From Tubulanus polymorphus (Eukaryota > Animalia > Nemertea): a DNA stretch of 64,000 nucleotides. The position numbers and the translations under genes are program-made. The notes under the pieces are model-generated. The model saw nothing but the letters and a program-made list of their open reading frames with translations, did no database searches and was not told the DNA's origin. Location of the stretch: positions 9,618,655 through 9,682,654 of the forward strand of contig NC_134033.1 of the NCBI RefSeq assembly GCF_964204645.1, written 5' to 3'. This document shows, one piece after another, positions 25,170-37,125 of the stretch. Each line of letters starts with the position of its first letter. Within the stretch, counting starts at the first letter, position 1.

Positions 25170-25319
25170 TTCGGGGTTACAGTGATCATCCAACTAGTGA
25201 ACTAGAATATGAAGATATTATGGCTTTGATTGAGAGTAAGGATATCCAACTGTTTGACGTACGTGAGCCGTCGGAAGTCAAAGAAACTGGAATGATCAAA
25301 TTGGCCACAAATTTACCCC
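25170..25319 (+). CDS. Rhodanese gene exon 2
   Basis: tttttAG| acceptor and C|GTAAGT donor, phase 1/1; encodes LEYEDIMALIESKDIQLFDVREPSEVKETGMIKLATNLP (rhodanese DVRE..E...G.I..A.N.P motif). Confidence 0.92.
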
Positions 25320-26303
25320 GTAAGTGTTGATGAGAAAGGAGCTTAAGCTACATTATTCTTAATAGTTGCTGAAATGTCCCTAGTGGTGGCTCTTGCCAGC
25401 ATCAATCAGCAGCTACCCACTGAGCTCACCTCTCACATTCTCTTTGTATCTGGTGGATAAGACTTCCAGCAACGAAATGGACTAGATTTACCTTAAAAGA
25501 ACTCATCCTTGATAAGACTCTGTTTGTGTACAGACATATCTAGTTTCCCCGCGATTGACACCTGCTGTAGTTTCTATGTGTGAATTGTCCCTTGGTCTTT
25601 CGATAATGTTTAGATACGAGGTACATGGGAACTAGACAGAAGACTTTCGTTGTCTGTTGCAAAATATTCATTTCAAGGATTACCATGTACACTCAACAAT
25701 TATTGGGATGACAAAACACTTGAGCTATCAAGGACCCTGCACTGCACTTCTATGTACTGTGTAGGAGTGTAATGCACTTGCCGGAATGTTATTGGCCAAC
25801 GTGCGCCGTGGGAACAAAAGAAATTTGAATCCTCGTTACCTACGTCAAACAAACTGAATCAAAATCAAACAGCAAGTTATTTTTAAAATATAAAAATATA
25901 TCAAATTTAGCAAACATTGCCCAAAAATCTCAAACTATCAACAGTCCATTGCCAATAGACCAAATGATCACCAGATAATTCCTAAATATCAATAAATAAG
26001 ATTTTTTCTCAAAAGAATTTCTGAAACTACCCAAAAGATTACCAAATAAGGATGTATCATGTGATCGAATGATGCTTACTAAAATGAACTTTTGTCTGGG
26101 TATGAAATTCAACTACGCAGTAACCTGAAACACAATACTAGGGGTCTGGAATTTTTAACAGATTTACTGCAGTAAAACGCATAAACACACACTGACAAGA
26201 CCAAACGCTGCACATGAGAAAAGGAAATGTCCCACCCATGTATGGAAAACTAAATAAAATCTTATTACACTATTTTAATCCACTAATTAAACTTCCACCA
26301 GTC

Positions 26304-26306
<3 letters not shown>

Positions 26307-26365
<59 letters not shown>
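26307..26365. repeat. (TA)n microsatellite
   Basis: About 29 TA units. Confidence 0.95.
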
Positions 26366-26367
<2 letters not shown>

Positions 26368-29289
26368 CAAAACAACTCCGTCCTCACTACACTAATCTAC
26401 TTGAGTGCTAGTCTACCTCAATAAAATATACACCACAAAAAACCAGGGTCACAGGAGTGAACTTATTTTTCTTTTCTAAAGGGGCTCCCTCAAAAAGTGG
26501 AATCCTTTAATGCCACGGATTGACGGCACAAATTATGGTTTTACAAATGGGTGTTCACGAATACGATTTTAGTCTATTTTAATTACGTTTTACGGAAAGA
26601 TCTAACGTTGTTACGATTCTTGAAAGATTTGTCGCGAAAGAAGTTTAAAAATGTTTATTCTTTTATCAGCAACTATAGGAGTCCTTTAGCGTACGCTGCA
26701 CATTCGTGCTAGTTGATGTACGCGCCAAGCATCCAATCAATAGCACTGTGCTTACACAGACCGCTGGCGTGCACGTGGCTTCCTGGCTCCTGCGCGTTTA
26801 TCTATACATCTATCAGCTGGCTGTCACTGGGGCAACCTACTACTATTGATCTATTGTATAGATCTTTCGTGTGCCTTATAAAGATACAGCACATACTGCT
26901 GTAAAAATAACAACAACGATGCTTGCAGGCGTTGAACCATTTTGAATCATTTCCATCATCATGGAAGTAACCCGACTTAAGTGAATTTATTTGTATATCA
27001 ATCCATGATTCCGCATTTTCTGTTTGTTCAAAATGAAAAATAAAACGACCTCCCACCGCAAACCAGTGGCATCGGTTCTCTGCTGTAATCAGTGTGTCTG
27101 TTGTAAATAATGGTGGTTACCGCGGCCTGGATCGTGATGATTTAATGGATTTAGACGTCATTTTTATCTGATGTGAATGATGAAGCTAATCAATAATGAA
27201 CCGACAAGAAGGAGAAGGGTGCCCGCCATTTTAAAGATGTTACACGGCTATGTTTCCTTGCATGAATGTTTCGTAACACATAGGCCTATGAAGAGCCTCA
27301 CACTCATTTTTCTGTTCCAACTAAGACAAGTCTAAGTAGTGACCAGTTAGTATAGGCCTAGTGTGTGAAGGTGACAATTATAATCTACAAGTCTCATGCC
27401 AGTATTACAAACGTACAATATCATATTGACAATTAAAACGAAAAAACATGAGAAATGCAAATTCAAGTATAAATATAGCTGCAACGCAGCGATAACGGGT
27501 TTCTGTTTTTCTGGATAGAATGTCGTACAGGGATGCGTGCAAACATTTCACCCGAAATCTATAACACGGATATGTTGACCCATGCGCTACTACGCGCAAA
27601 GTACTAATGTGCCAAGTTTAGGGGAAATAACACAGACCTGCTTACCCCTACGGGATTTCCATATTTGCTACGGATTTTAATAGCTAAATACGGAAGTACG
27701 GATGCTCCGTAAAAATTACGGTTTTTATCCGTACTTTTCTAAATACGGATGTGTTTTATCTTCCTTCATGAAAATATGACTATAGTAAATAAATATGGCT
27801 ATATCATCACATCTGTGAATACGGTTATGAACTTTAAAAAATGGGAGTACAGGTTCGTTTACTTCTGCTGCTCGTAAATTGGGTCAGAATATTGATTAGC
27901 CCTGAGTTACGGCAGTGGCGTCACCTCCTTTCCTGTAATTGATGCATAATTCCTATGTTAAGCCTATGTCAATGGTCTGGCCGATTGATAATCATTTGGA
28001 TGCTTAATACACTACGCTCGAAGCTATTTTTAGCACACTCAAATGCAATTTCATTAGACTGTAATTTCACTACTAATGGGCGAATTGAGCGGATTAAGCA
28101 CAAATATATTTCGTAGTTGGTTTTTCTTTATGGTGTGCAAAGTTGAAAGCCGTGGATTTCATATTTTTTGAGAAATGTACCAAAGAGTTCCAAAAATTGT
28201 ATCTATTTGAGCACGTTTTTTTATGCAGCATCTTTAAATGTCCAAAATAACACATGTGAAAATTCAATGCTATTTGCTTCGGAAGACCTTTATATCACCA
28301 AGATCTGTTCGGTAGTTATGGGATCTCAAAATCTTGGTCCTATGAAATTTGTGTTGCCCCGGTTTTGACTTCCATCATGATGTCATAACATTGAACGAGG
28401 TGGATCAGCTGGTGCACGTTATTTCACAAACAAAATGGCGGAACGATTGAATAGGTTGATATTCATCATTTCTAGCGCGAATACCGATATTAAAGGCGTA
28501 TGGTATAACGATTTATTGTGTGCGATGTGTTCAATGATTCATCTAGTTTTGATATCCCGTGCATAAGGTGACGTTGCATCAAGATATCTGATGAAAATGT
28601 GGTTTCAAAATGCAGAAATTTACTTCCGTGTTCGACACACGGCTGATTCACTGATAGCATCGAATTTTCAGAGATGAGTCTGATATTTACACGACTGGAA
28701 TACTTGTTTTATCATCATTAATTGATGTCATTTTATGAACGTTCGCATTAGCGATCCGTTTTGGAGCCTGATTATTTGTATTAGTTTGTTAACTGGGGCA
28801 CAGTGGAGCGTTCGCTTTGAAAACAGTCGTGTGCAGTCGCGTAGCCTTATACTCTCGTGTTCACTGCGTGTTTGTTTCAGTTATAGAGTATGCGCGCCAC
28901 GGTGTAGGTCGCCCGTAACAACGATTTGTCTGAGTGAAGATGTAAGCTACTTGAAGCAATCCTATCGTGAAAAAATCATGTCAGTCGATAAACTTTGTTT
29001 CGTCAGTATCCGGCACTGACTGGCCTCAAATTTGAAGATCTTGGGAGCTTCTGTCCTGATTGGTCCGTAAGTTAAAAATGAAAAAACTTCCGAAGAAACC
29101 CAGGCTCTCACCAAGTTTGTACCCTATCTTATCGGGTCACTCAAAGTTTAAGTTGTTTTACATCATTCAAGGGATGTATTACAATTATGAACATGTTCAG
29201 ACAAAAGGCCCATAATAAATTTTTCGAAGATTTCATTCCTGTTATAAGTCAGTTATCATTAAAAGTTCACACTGTTCAAAATTTTGTCC

Positions 29290-30515
29290 TTTTTAGCCCA
29301 CTTCGGACTTTAGTCCCAGCGGGCTATTGCGTTCGCTTTTCGTCCGTCCGTCCATCCGTCCGTAGACGGAATCCAGTTATTTTGGGAAGTTTTGAAGACG
29401 CTTCAAGGTAATGTCTTGATATTTGGTTGATACATGTATCTACCCTAGGTTCATCCTCAGCCCAAAAACTGGTCCTGTCAGATTCAAGATGGTCGACTGG
29501 CAGCCATTGTTGTTCGCCAAAATCAGCACTTTTTACACATCTTCGAAGTTTTTGATGGATATTTTGAAGACGCTTTGATCAATTTCCTTGAATGTTCATA
29601 TATATTTGTATCGCCCAAGGGCCCATCAGCATGAGAAAAATTGGGTCGATCAGACTCAAGATGGCTGTCCTTTTTGTGCCCAAAAATGTCAATTTTGGCC
29701 TGAATTCTGAGTCCTGTAGCTTCCTAATGGTTTCCCATTTTTCATTGCAATATGTGGTGGGTATTCATTGGAAAGGGATGTTTTATACCCGAGACAGGTA
29801 TATTTGATTAGGCAATGACACAATTGGCGGCCATCTTGGTGTCATCAGTACTCATTCGTAGGTGGAAAAAAGTTTTTCCACATTATATTGATACTTCAGC
29901 ATATTTTGTTACCACAATCAATTGGAAAAGCGTTGCTCATGACATGGTCTATGATCGTGTTGAGTTTCAAGGTCATGTGTGTTTGTATAAGGCCACCATG
30001 GGGCAATAAGTTAGTATTTCTATATTACATTTGTACCTATGCATATTTTGATACCACAATCATGTGGAAAGTTGTAGCTCATGACATGGTCTATGATCGT
30101 GGTGAGTTTCAAGGTCCTTGATTTTTGTATATGGCCTCCAGGTAGCGTTGAATAGTAGAATAACTTAGTATTTCCTTATTATATTGGTACCTAGGCACAT
30201 TTTGTTACCATGATCAATTGCAAAGTTGTAGCTCATGACATGTTCTATGATGATGGTCAGGTTCAATGTCATTGGCTTTGCATATGGTCACCAGGGGGCG
30301 TTGAATAGTAGAATAACTTAGTATTTCCATATCATATCGGTAAGGAGGCATATTTTGTTATCACAATCAATTACAAAATTATAGCTGCTAACATGTGCTA
30401 TGATTGTGATGAGTTTCAAGGTTGTTGGAAGGGGCATTGAATATTGAAATTGTTAGATCGTTGAGCATCTGAAACCACTTCCCAAGTGGGCATGGTGTCC
30501 CAGGACCCCCTAATT
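29290..30515 (+). mobile_element. HINE/DINE-1-like element, more diverged full-length copy
   Basis: Same 5' and 3' termini and internal repeats as 10151-11331. Short fragments also at 23457-23507 and ~24890-25073. Confidence 0.8.
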
Positions 30516-32407
30516 TATTTTGAAGGTAGGTTTAATGTCTGAAGGCAAAATAAGAATAAAGATTTCTTTTTAAATGATTATTTTCCTGACTTTATTAATA
30601 GATATTTTCACCCTTGGGGAAAACCCACTACTCAACCTTTCATCACCGGATAGTGGCAGCACATACCTGATACCTTTTCCATAATGCTAAGTAGATACAC
30701 TCCCGGGAAAAGATCGATATTGCTAAATTGAATGCAACATTTTGAACATACTGTCTGTTAATTAAGAACACTTAAGGTTTTTATCCTTCCGATCCTCAGA
30801 TTTTGGTTCTCATTGACGGGAAGAACAATGGAAAATTTAAAAAAGTAAACAATATTCAATTTAATTTTTTTAATTTATTCTGTTTCCTGATACTACTACT
30901 CTAAAGGAAACTACTGATTTTATGATATAAAACTAATGATGCTTAATCAGAAACTACTGACAGACAAATATTCAGTAAAACTCCTGATGTGAGCTTATTT
31001 TTGCTGAGATAAATATATAATACTACTGATGTTGAAATTTTGAAAGCAGGTCTGATAACATTGAGAATAACAAAGATACGGTGTTTTATCATTCTCTATT
31101 GGCAGTTTAAGCGCATTCGGTTATGACTAGTCCGACAAATAGTCGACTAGGTACGAAAACCGAATTTGGCCCAAGGCGCTCGATAGATTCAAGATGGCAG
31201 CTCCGTGAAATAACCAATACACAAGTTGGGCCTACATATAGGGTTAACTATGCAGGAGGGAAGGCCTAGTAAGAGTGACAATTCGTCTGACAAGTCACAA
31301 GATCAGATGGGGACTACAATTCATATATGAAATTGACGTCAAATAACCATCATAAAAACATCACTAACTGTACCATCATTCCCCGTCGTTACTCACTGTC
31401 ACTGCTGCTGACATTCTTTATGTGTGCAGTGGGTAGGTATTTTCAACTGCCTTTCTTCTTCTATGACATCACCAACGCCGCTGCGTCACTATGTGATGTA
31501 CAAGGGACCTCCAATTTGTAATGTATGTGATGTACAACAAGATAGCACCGACGCTGACATTTTCTGACGCTAACTAGAATGGCCGCTGATGCGGCCTAAT
31601 GAACCGGGCCAATTCAATGATATATAAAAAAACATGTACAGGTGCAATAAATAAATGAACCCTGTTGAATTTTCGTGATATCCGCAAACAAAACAAATAT
31701 TATTTTAGAATGTTTAAAAGGAACTGCTTTTTATAACAGTATGAATAAAGTTATTTCACACACTAGGAAGTACATTTTGTGCTTGTGAATGGTCGAACCC
31801 CAGTTATTCACAGTAACCTGTGATTTGGAGATTCTCGGAGCCTTCCTTCTTTATCTATTTATGAAATGACGTCACGAACTTCCAGATTTCAGCAAGTCCC
31901 CGCCATGATAGGTGATTGCTATTTCCACCGGTGCTATCTTTAAGTAATTTTAAGTTTTAAATAGGATGCGCAGGACATCTATAAAATCTATGCGGAGAAA
32001 GCGATTGTTATATTACTATCAGAGTTGAACATATCGTTTAAAAGCTGTTAGTTGTGGACTATGATAGATGAATTTTATGTACGAAAAAAAAGTGGAAAAT
32101 ATGTAATGATAATCAGCAGGAATGCAATAGGGTTTCTGCGAAAGCAGCAGAAACCATTTATTAAGTTTAGTTTATGTTTCAATCCAGCGTCATATACATA
32201 ACATGATTGTTACTGAAAAACTTCAGATATTTCTGAAAAATTATGATAGGTTAGCAGGCCTGTATATGCAATTAATCTTGATTTACTTTGATTTGCTTTG
32301 ATTTTTTTCACTTCCTTTTTCATCTGAATACTTCTTTACATTTACTGTTATCAGGTTTTGATTTTTATGATCAAAAACGCCACAAATCTATGTATTTCTT
32401 ATTTCAG

Positions 32408-32570
32408 TGGGAAAATTGAAAGACTCGTTGAGATTATCTGAATCATCATTTTTACATCGTTTCGGCGTGCCAAAACCTGCTATTCACGATAAAAATCTGA
32501 TATTCTATGGACAAGGTCCTATTAAAAGCAAAGCCGCTTTGGAATTGGCTGCTAAAGTTGGATATAAGAA
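32408..32570 (+). CDS. Rhodanese gene exon 3A (163 nt; active-site Cys replaced by Gly)
   Basis: tttcAG| ... AA|GTAAGT, phase 1/2, open: (L)GKLKDSLRLSESSFLHRFGVPKPAIHDKNLIFYGQGPIKSKAALELAAKVGYK(K). Not in the supplied ORF track. Confidence 0.85.
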
Positions 32571-33047
32571 GTAAGTCCACAATGACCATGAATTCTGTGT
32601 CCGATTGATATGTGTATAAACACTGCTGAAAACTTAAGTTTTAAGTTAAGTCAAATGTCATACCATATCGGAATCAAGTTAATAGTCTTAGAGTTTAGCT
32701 AAGATCATAAGTTTTGTTTTTCCTTCTCCTCTGGGTTAGAAGTTTTTAAGATAAGACGGTGGACGAGTTGTACCATTTATTAGATTATGTCGAAAGGCTT
32801 TGAATCACCTCGTCCTACTAACTGTATGATCTTCAAGTTTAAGCTACTCTGATTATTGATTATGAGGCTTTGAAAGGAGAATCAGGCTGCGAAAACATGA
32901 ACAAATGTTTGGAAGTTCCATTGGTGGAATTTGATAAAGAAAAGAAGATTCAATCTTTTAGTGTGATAGGCCTTAATGAAAAGTTGGCAGTCACTTTAGT
33001 TGGCAGTCACTTTAGTTGAACTATTAAGGTTCAATTTACTTGACTAA

Positions 33048-33513
33048 GGGACGGTTCATTAAGTACGTACGCAAAAAAAAGTACCTTTTTTCAAGGTCCT
33101 ACCTTGTGTACGCATTTCGTATATTGCCGATGACCTCCTGTACGCAATGATTCATCATGTAGTATAAAACATAAACACTTGTTTTCTACTGGTCGGTTTA
33201 TTATAGTATGAATAAATTCTATTATTTGAGACTAATTATCACGCCATATAGCTTGTCCCTCTTGGAGGGATTTACTAGGATGGTGTTTTTTACAGGGGGC
33301 AGTGAATTCATTATATTGTTCCAGACTCATGGCTGAACAACTACCTAGATGAGTAGCCAGGCTACTGCAAGATAATACAGTAAAAATTAGTGCACTATGA
33401 TTTATTAAGTATGTACACTTTGTGTAAATTGCTACCTAGCTTTGTATACTGATCGTAAGCTTTGCCGTTGAGGTCCTACCTAGGGCTTGCATATGTACTT
33501 AATGAATGGTCCC
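33048..33513. mobile_element. PIF/Harbinger-type MITE
   Basis: TIRs gggacggttcattaagtacgtacgc / gcatatgtacttaatgaatggtccc, preceded by TAA. Confidence 0.65.
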
Positions 33514-35453
33514 AAAGTGATGCTCAATATTAAAAATGGTGGTATGTTACACCTTTAGGTTCTACCTTTTTTTGGCTAGAGGGAACAATTCTTATAAATG
33601 AAATTTGGTATACGCTTAGCTATTTAACATGATTACTTGAGCCTGGTCTGTTAGTTACGAGGGATGTTTAAGTCCGTTTATTCAATCATTAAAGTTCTAT
33701 ACATAAACTGTTGTTTGGGCAAAATATGTTCTATTAGTCAGGTATGTTTTATGATCTATAAAAACTGCCTCTAATAACTCCATTCACGTCAGTATTCATC
33801 TGAACATTCCCAGCTAAGTTCCTGGATCACCCCCTACTTTCATTATCTGTTATTGGATTTTTAATGACGAAATTGTTTTTATACAGAAATCTGGCCATTG
33901 TGGACTCAGTTGCACAATAATGAATCATTTTGTTGTAAGCGTATTCTTGTAAGCGTTATAAGCGTGTTTAGCGTATTCTTATGGGCTTTTCCTTCTTCAT
34001 AGAAGATTTGGTCGTATATACATGTACCAGTGTATCTCGCTTGCTCTTGGTTCTTCTTTTAGCAGGTGTCATTGATATACTTGTTCAATGGTAATCATAG
34101 CATAAAACCTGCATGATTTGGATCATTTGGGATTGAAATGATTAGTCTGGTATATAAGAATCCGGATTAAGCATCATACCTCACATAAACTATTGTATAG
34201 TTCAACTGAAAAATATATCCCAGACTAGAATTAAACTCATCCGAATTTTGCGGGTTTGACTGTGTATGATGCATGATGATCAGCTTTAATTAATCGAGTC
34301 AAATTTTTGCATGAACTCACTATTATGTTGAATTATATTTCTAAGCACCCAGCCAAACTTAAGCTGGGAGTGGGTGTATAGCTTTACCTGCATCCGAATA
34401 TGCCGTGTGTCGGCCGCCGCAACTGATGTTAACAGCCAAAATCTTTCCAACAGATTCGCCACAAAACCTGTTACTTCACATGTGGTGGCAATTTCAGGCT
34501 GGGGGCAATAGAGGTGTTTGTCGCATTTGAGTTTAGAGTCATGCATGTACGGCATTTAATTTCTTCTTTACTCGGTGCTTACATAATAGCCAATAGGATT
34601 ATTCATTGCTGCTGGGCTATCTGAAACCTGCTTGAGCCAGTATATTACATATAATTTTCAACATTTTTCCCTTGTTTCTTGATTTTTACCATTCGTATGT
34701 CAAGTTTCGTCTGTCAGCTTTTAGCCATTGATCCCCCCATCGGCCGGGACACGAATCCCTGCCACGCTAGACCGGGTGCCCAGGGAAATTGCTGTTTGAA
34801 AAATGCAGCACCAATTAGATTGCTCGTTGTATAATCACTGAGGTAAATTTCACGGAAGAACTACAAATAGGAAAACCTGCGCTAGAATAAAACGGGATAT
34901 CTGATTGGCTAATCATGACATCTTCTAAGCTGCGCATGTAGCTGTGCACTCGGTCAAGTGTGGCAATGTTTCGTACCATGGCAATCTCCATGCCATCAGG
35001 TTAGAATCCCTTACGGTTGGATGGGAGAAAATGAGCCAAATTTCAATGAATTTTACCATTCTTGCTTTGATGCTTGACCTTATTTCTTGATAATGATGTC
35101 ACGGGGAGAGCCCTTCATGCTAGTTCCGGCTAGTGAGTCATGGGGATAACGTAGACCATGTGTATTATCATAGTTGAACCTGTTTACTACAGTGGTGTTG
35201 AGCGCAGAGATTTCATTCTTTGGTGTGCAGATCCCAGAACAAACCTTTTTTGTGCCAAAGTAAACTGTACTGGGTTCAAAATGAACCAGTGTTTGGTCAT
35301 TTTAATCATATCTTATTAGGATAAACTAGATCAGACTTCTAAACCCTTTGTCTTTCACTGTAAAGCCAGTTGATAATTTCTGGCCACCCCTCCTGAGAAC
35401 CCCGATGAAGCTGATGAAGACCTAATGATGATCATTGTTTCTGTGGTTTGTAG

Positions 35454-35616
35454 TAGGTGAGGTTGGTGATGCTTTCAATATGAACCCAACGCAATTTAAA
35501 GCGACTTATGGAGTTCAAATGCCCAATGTTGACTGCGACAACATAGTGTTTTATTGTCTAGCTGGGATACGCAGTTTAAATGCCACCAACACAGTCAAAC
35601 AACTCGGATTTACTAG
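35454..35616 (+). CDS. Rhodanese gene exon 3B (163 nt; catalytic Cys loop)
   Basis: tgtAG| ... AG|GTATGC, phase 1/2: (L)GEVGDAFNMNPTQFKATYGVQMPNVDCDNIVFYCLAGIRSLNATNTVKQLGFT(R); FYC..G.RS is the rhodanese active-site loop. Confidence 0.92.
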
Positions 35617-36351
35617 GTATGCCTTTTGTTATTGTATGGTAAAAACTTGCTTAATCCTGGTTTGTTCAATCTGGAGTTTGATCTAGGCCTATACAGATCA
35701 CATTGAAATGGTTAAACTGGCTCACGCCGGACAAAGTCAAATTTGACCCAAGCTTATTTATAAATTAGGGGGTATTTACTCGTTAATCAATCTAATTACT
35801 GAAATATCAAACCAATGGTGTGGCCAGCGATGTGAGTCACTTTCTGAGCCAGTTAGCATTAGCATGGAATAATTGATCAAATGGGTATCCCGTGTAGAAC
35901 CTGTGTTGAATGGCTCAATAATGCTTGTGTGATCACACATAAATGATCAATATGTATTTAGAATTTTCCGCTCTGCAGTTCCACAGTTTTGAGTAAGACA
36001 AAGCCACTATTTTTGCAAATTTGTTTCTGCAATTTTAAAGGCGGGCATTGCAAGACTTCCGGAAATATTTTGGCATTCTACTTTGCCTAATAAACGAATT
36101 TTACTAAACTTCTTTTTGTTTTTATTCATGAGCGATAGTTTACTAAGCATAGGCTCGCATTATGCTGAAAAACTGCTCTGCGGACACTCGGAAACTTTGC
36201 CATGACGTCATCACCTATTCATTAGCAAAGCAAAATAATGTTGGTGGTGCCACATTACGGGCCGCAAAAGCTGTTTTTCAGTATTACGCGAGCATAAACT
36301 ATCGCTGATAGATGAAAACACAAACAACTTTATGCCAATTCATGATTTATC

Positions 36352-37125
36352 AAGGCTGGCTTATGTTGACAAGCAATGCGACGCCTACCGACTCCTACTG
36401 ACGCAACTGAGAGCATCCGTGATCGCAGCCCAGCTCATGTTGACTGCGCTCCGATTCGCAGCAACTGATGACGACTAGCGGGATATGAGATCCTCCCAGT
36501 TGCTCCCCTGCATCGGTTACGATTACTAGCAACTGCACTAGCTCAGATGGTCACGTTAAAAGCATTTTGAGAATAAATTTGAATTATTGGGAAATAAATC
36601 TCTTTTACTAAAGCTATTCATTTAAGATCTTTATCTTTCTGATTCTGTTTTGAATACAATGTGCTAGCGACATCATATAAAGATGGCCGCTCTTGACATA
36701 ATTCTACCAATTTCGTTTCTAGATCTTCGGTCCAGTCCTCTGCCGTGCTGGAGGTTTGGTTTACATTTTGAACTACTTGAATTTAAAAGTTTATGACTAA
36801 TTACGAATGACGCTAAATAGCAGTGATAATTTGTACTAAGTATATGCGGTCTCTTATTGGCTGGAACCCCTGTGCCAAGTTCCGTCACATCGCAGATGAG
36901 CTTATGTTGGTTGCGATCGAAAGCAACTGTCCGCCTATCGTTGGCCGGAGTAAAACATGGGCAACTTGCCGGATAGGGCTCGACAAGTTTGTAGGTGTCG
37001 GGTTGCCGTCGCAAGCGATTGAGCTGCAACTGGCAGCCTCTCGTAGGCCGCTAGTTGCCGCTAATTGGTGATAAACCCAGTTGCGTCGGTAGGCGTGGTG
37101 TTGCTTGTCGACATAAGCCAGCCTT
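36352..37125. mobile_element. MITE with ~41-bp TIRs (PIF/Harbinger-like), nested in a foldback element
   Basis: aaggctggcttatgttgacaagcaatgcgacgcctaccgac / gtcggtaggcgtggtgttgcttgtcgacataagccagcctt; the flanks rejoin the sequence seen at 22140-22175. Confidence 0.8.

Noticed and set aside
26214-26411. YIYIYI ORF
   Set aside because: Translation of a (TA)n microsatellite.
32408-35616. Tandem two-domain rhodanese using both exons 3A and 3B
   Set aside because: Joining 3A (ends phase 2) to 3B (starts phase 1) shifts the frame, and I saw no second DVRE-type exon between them.
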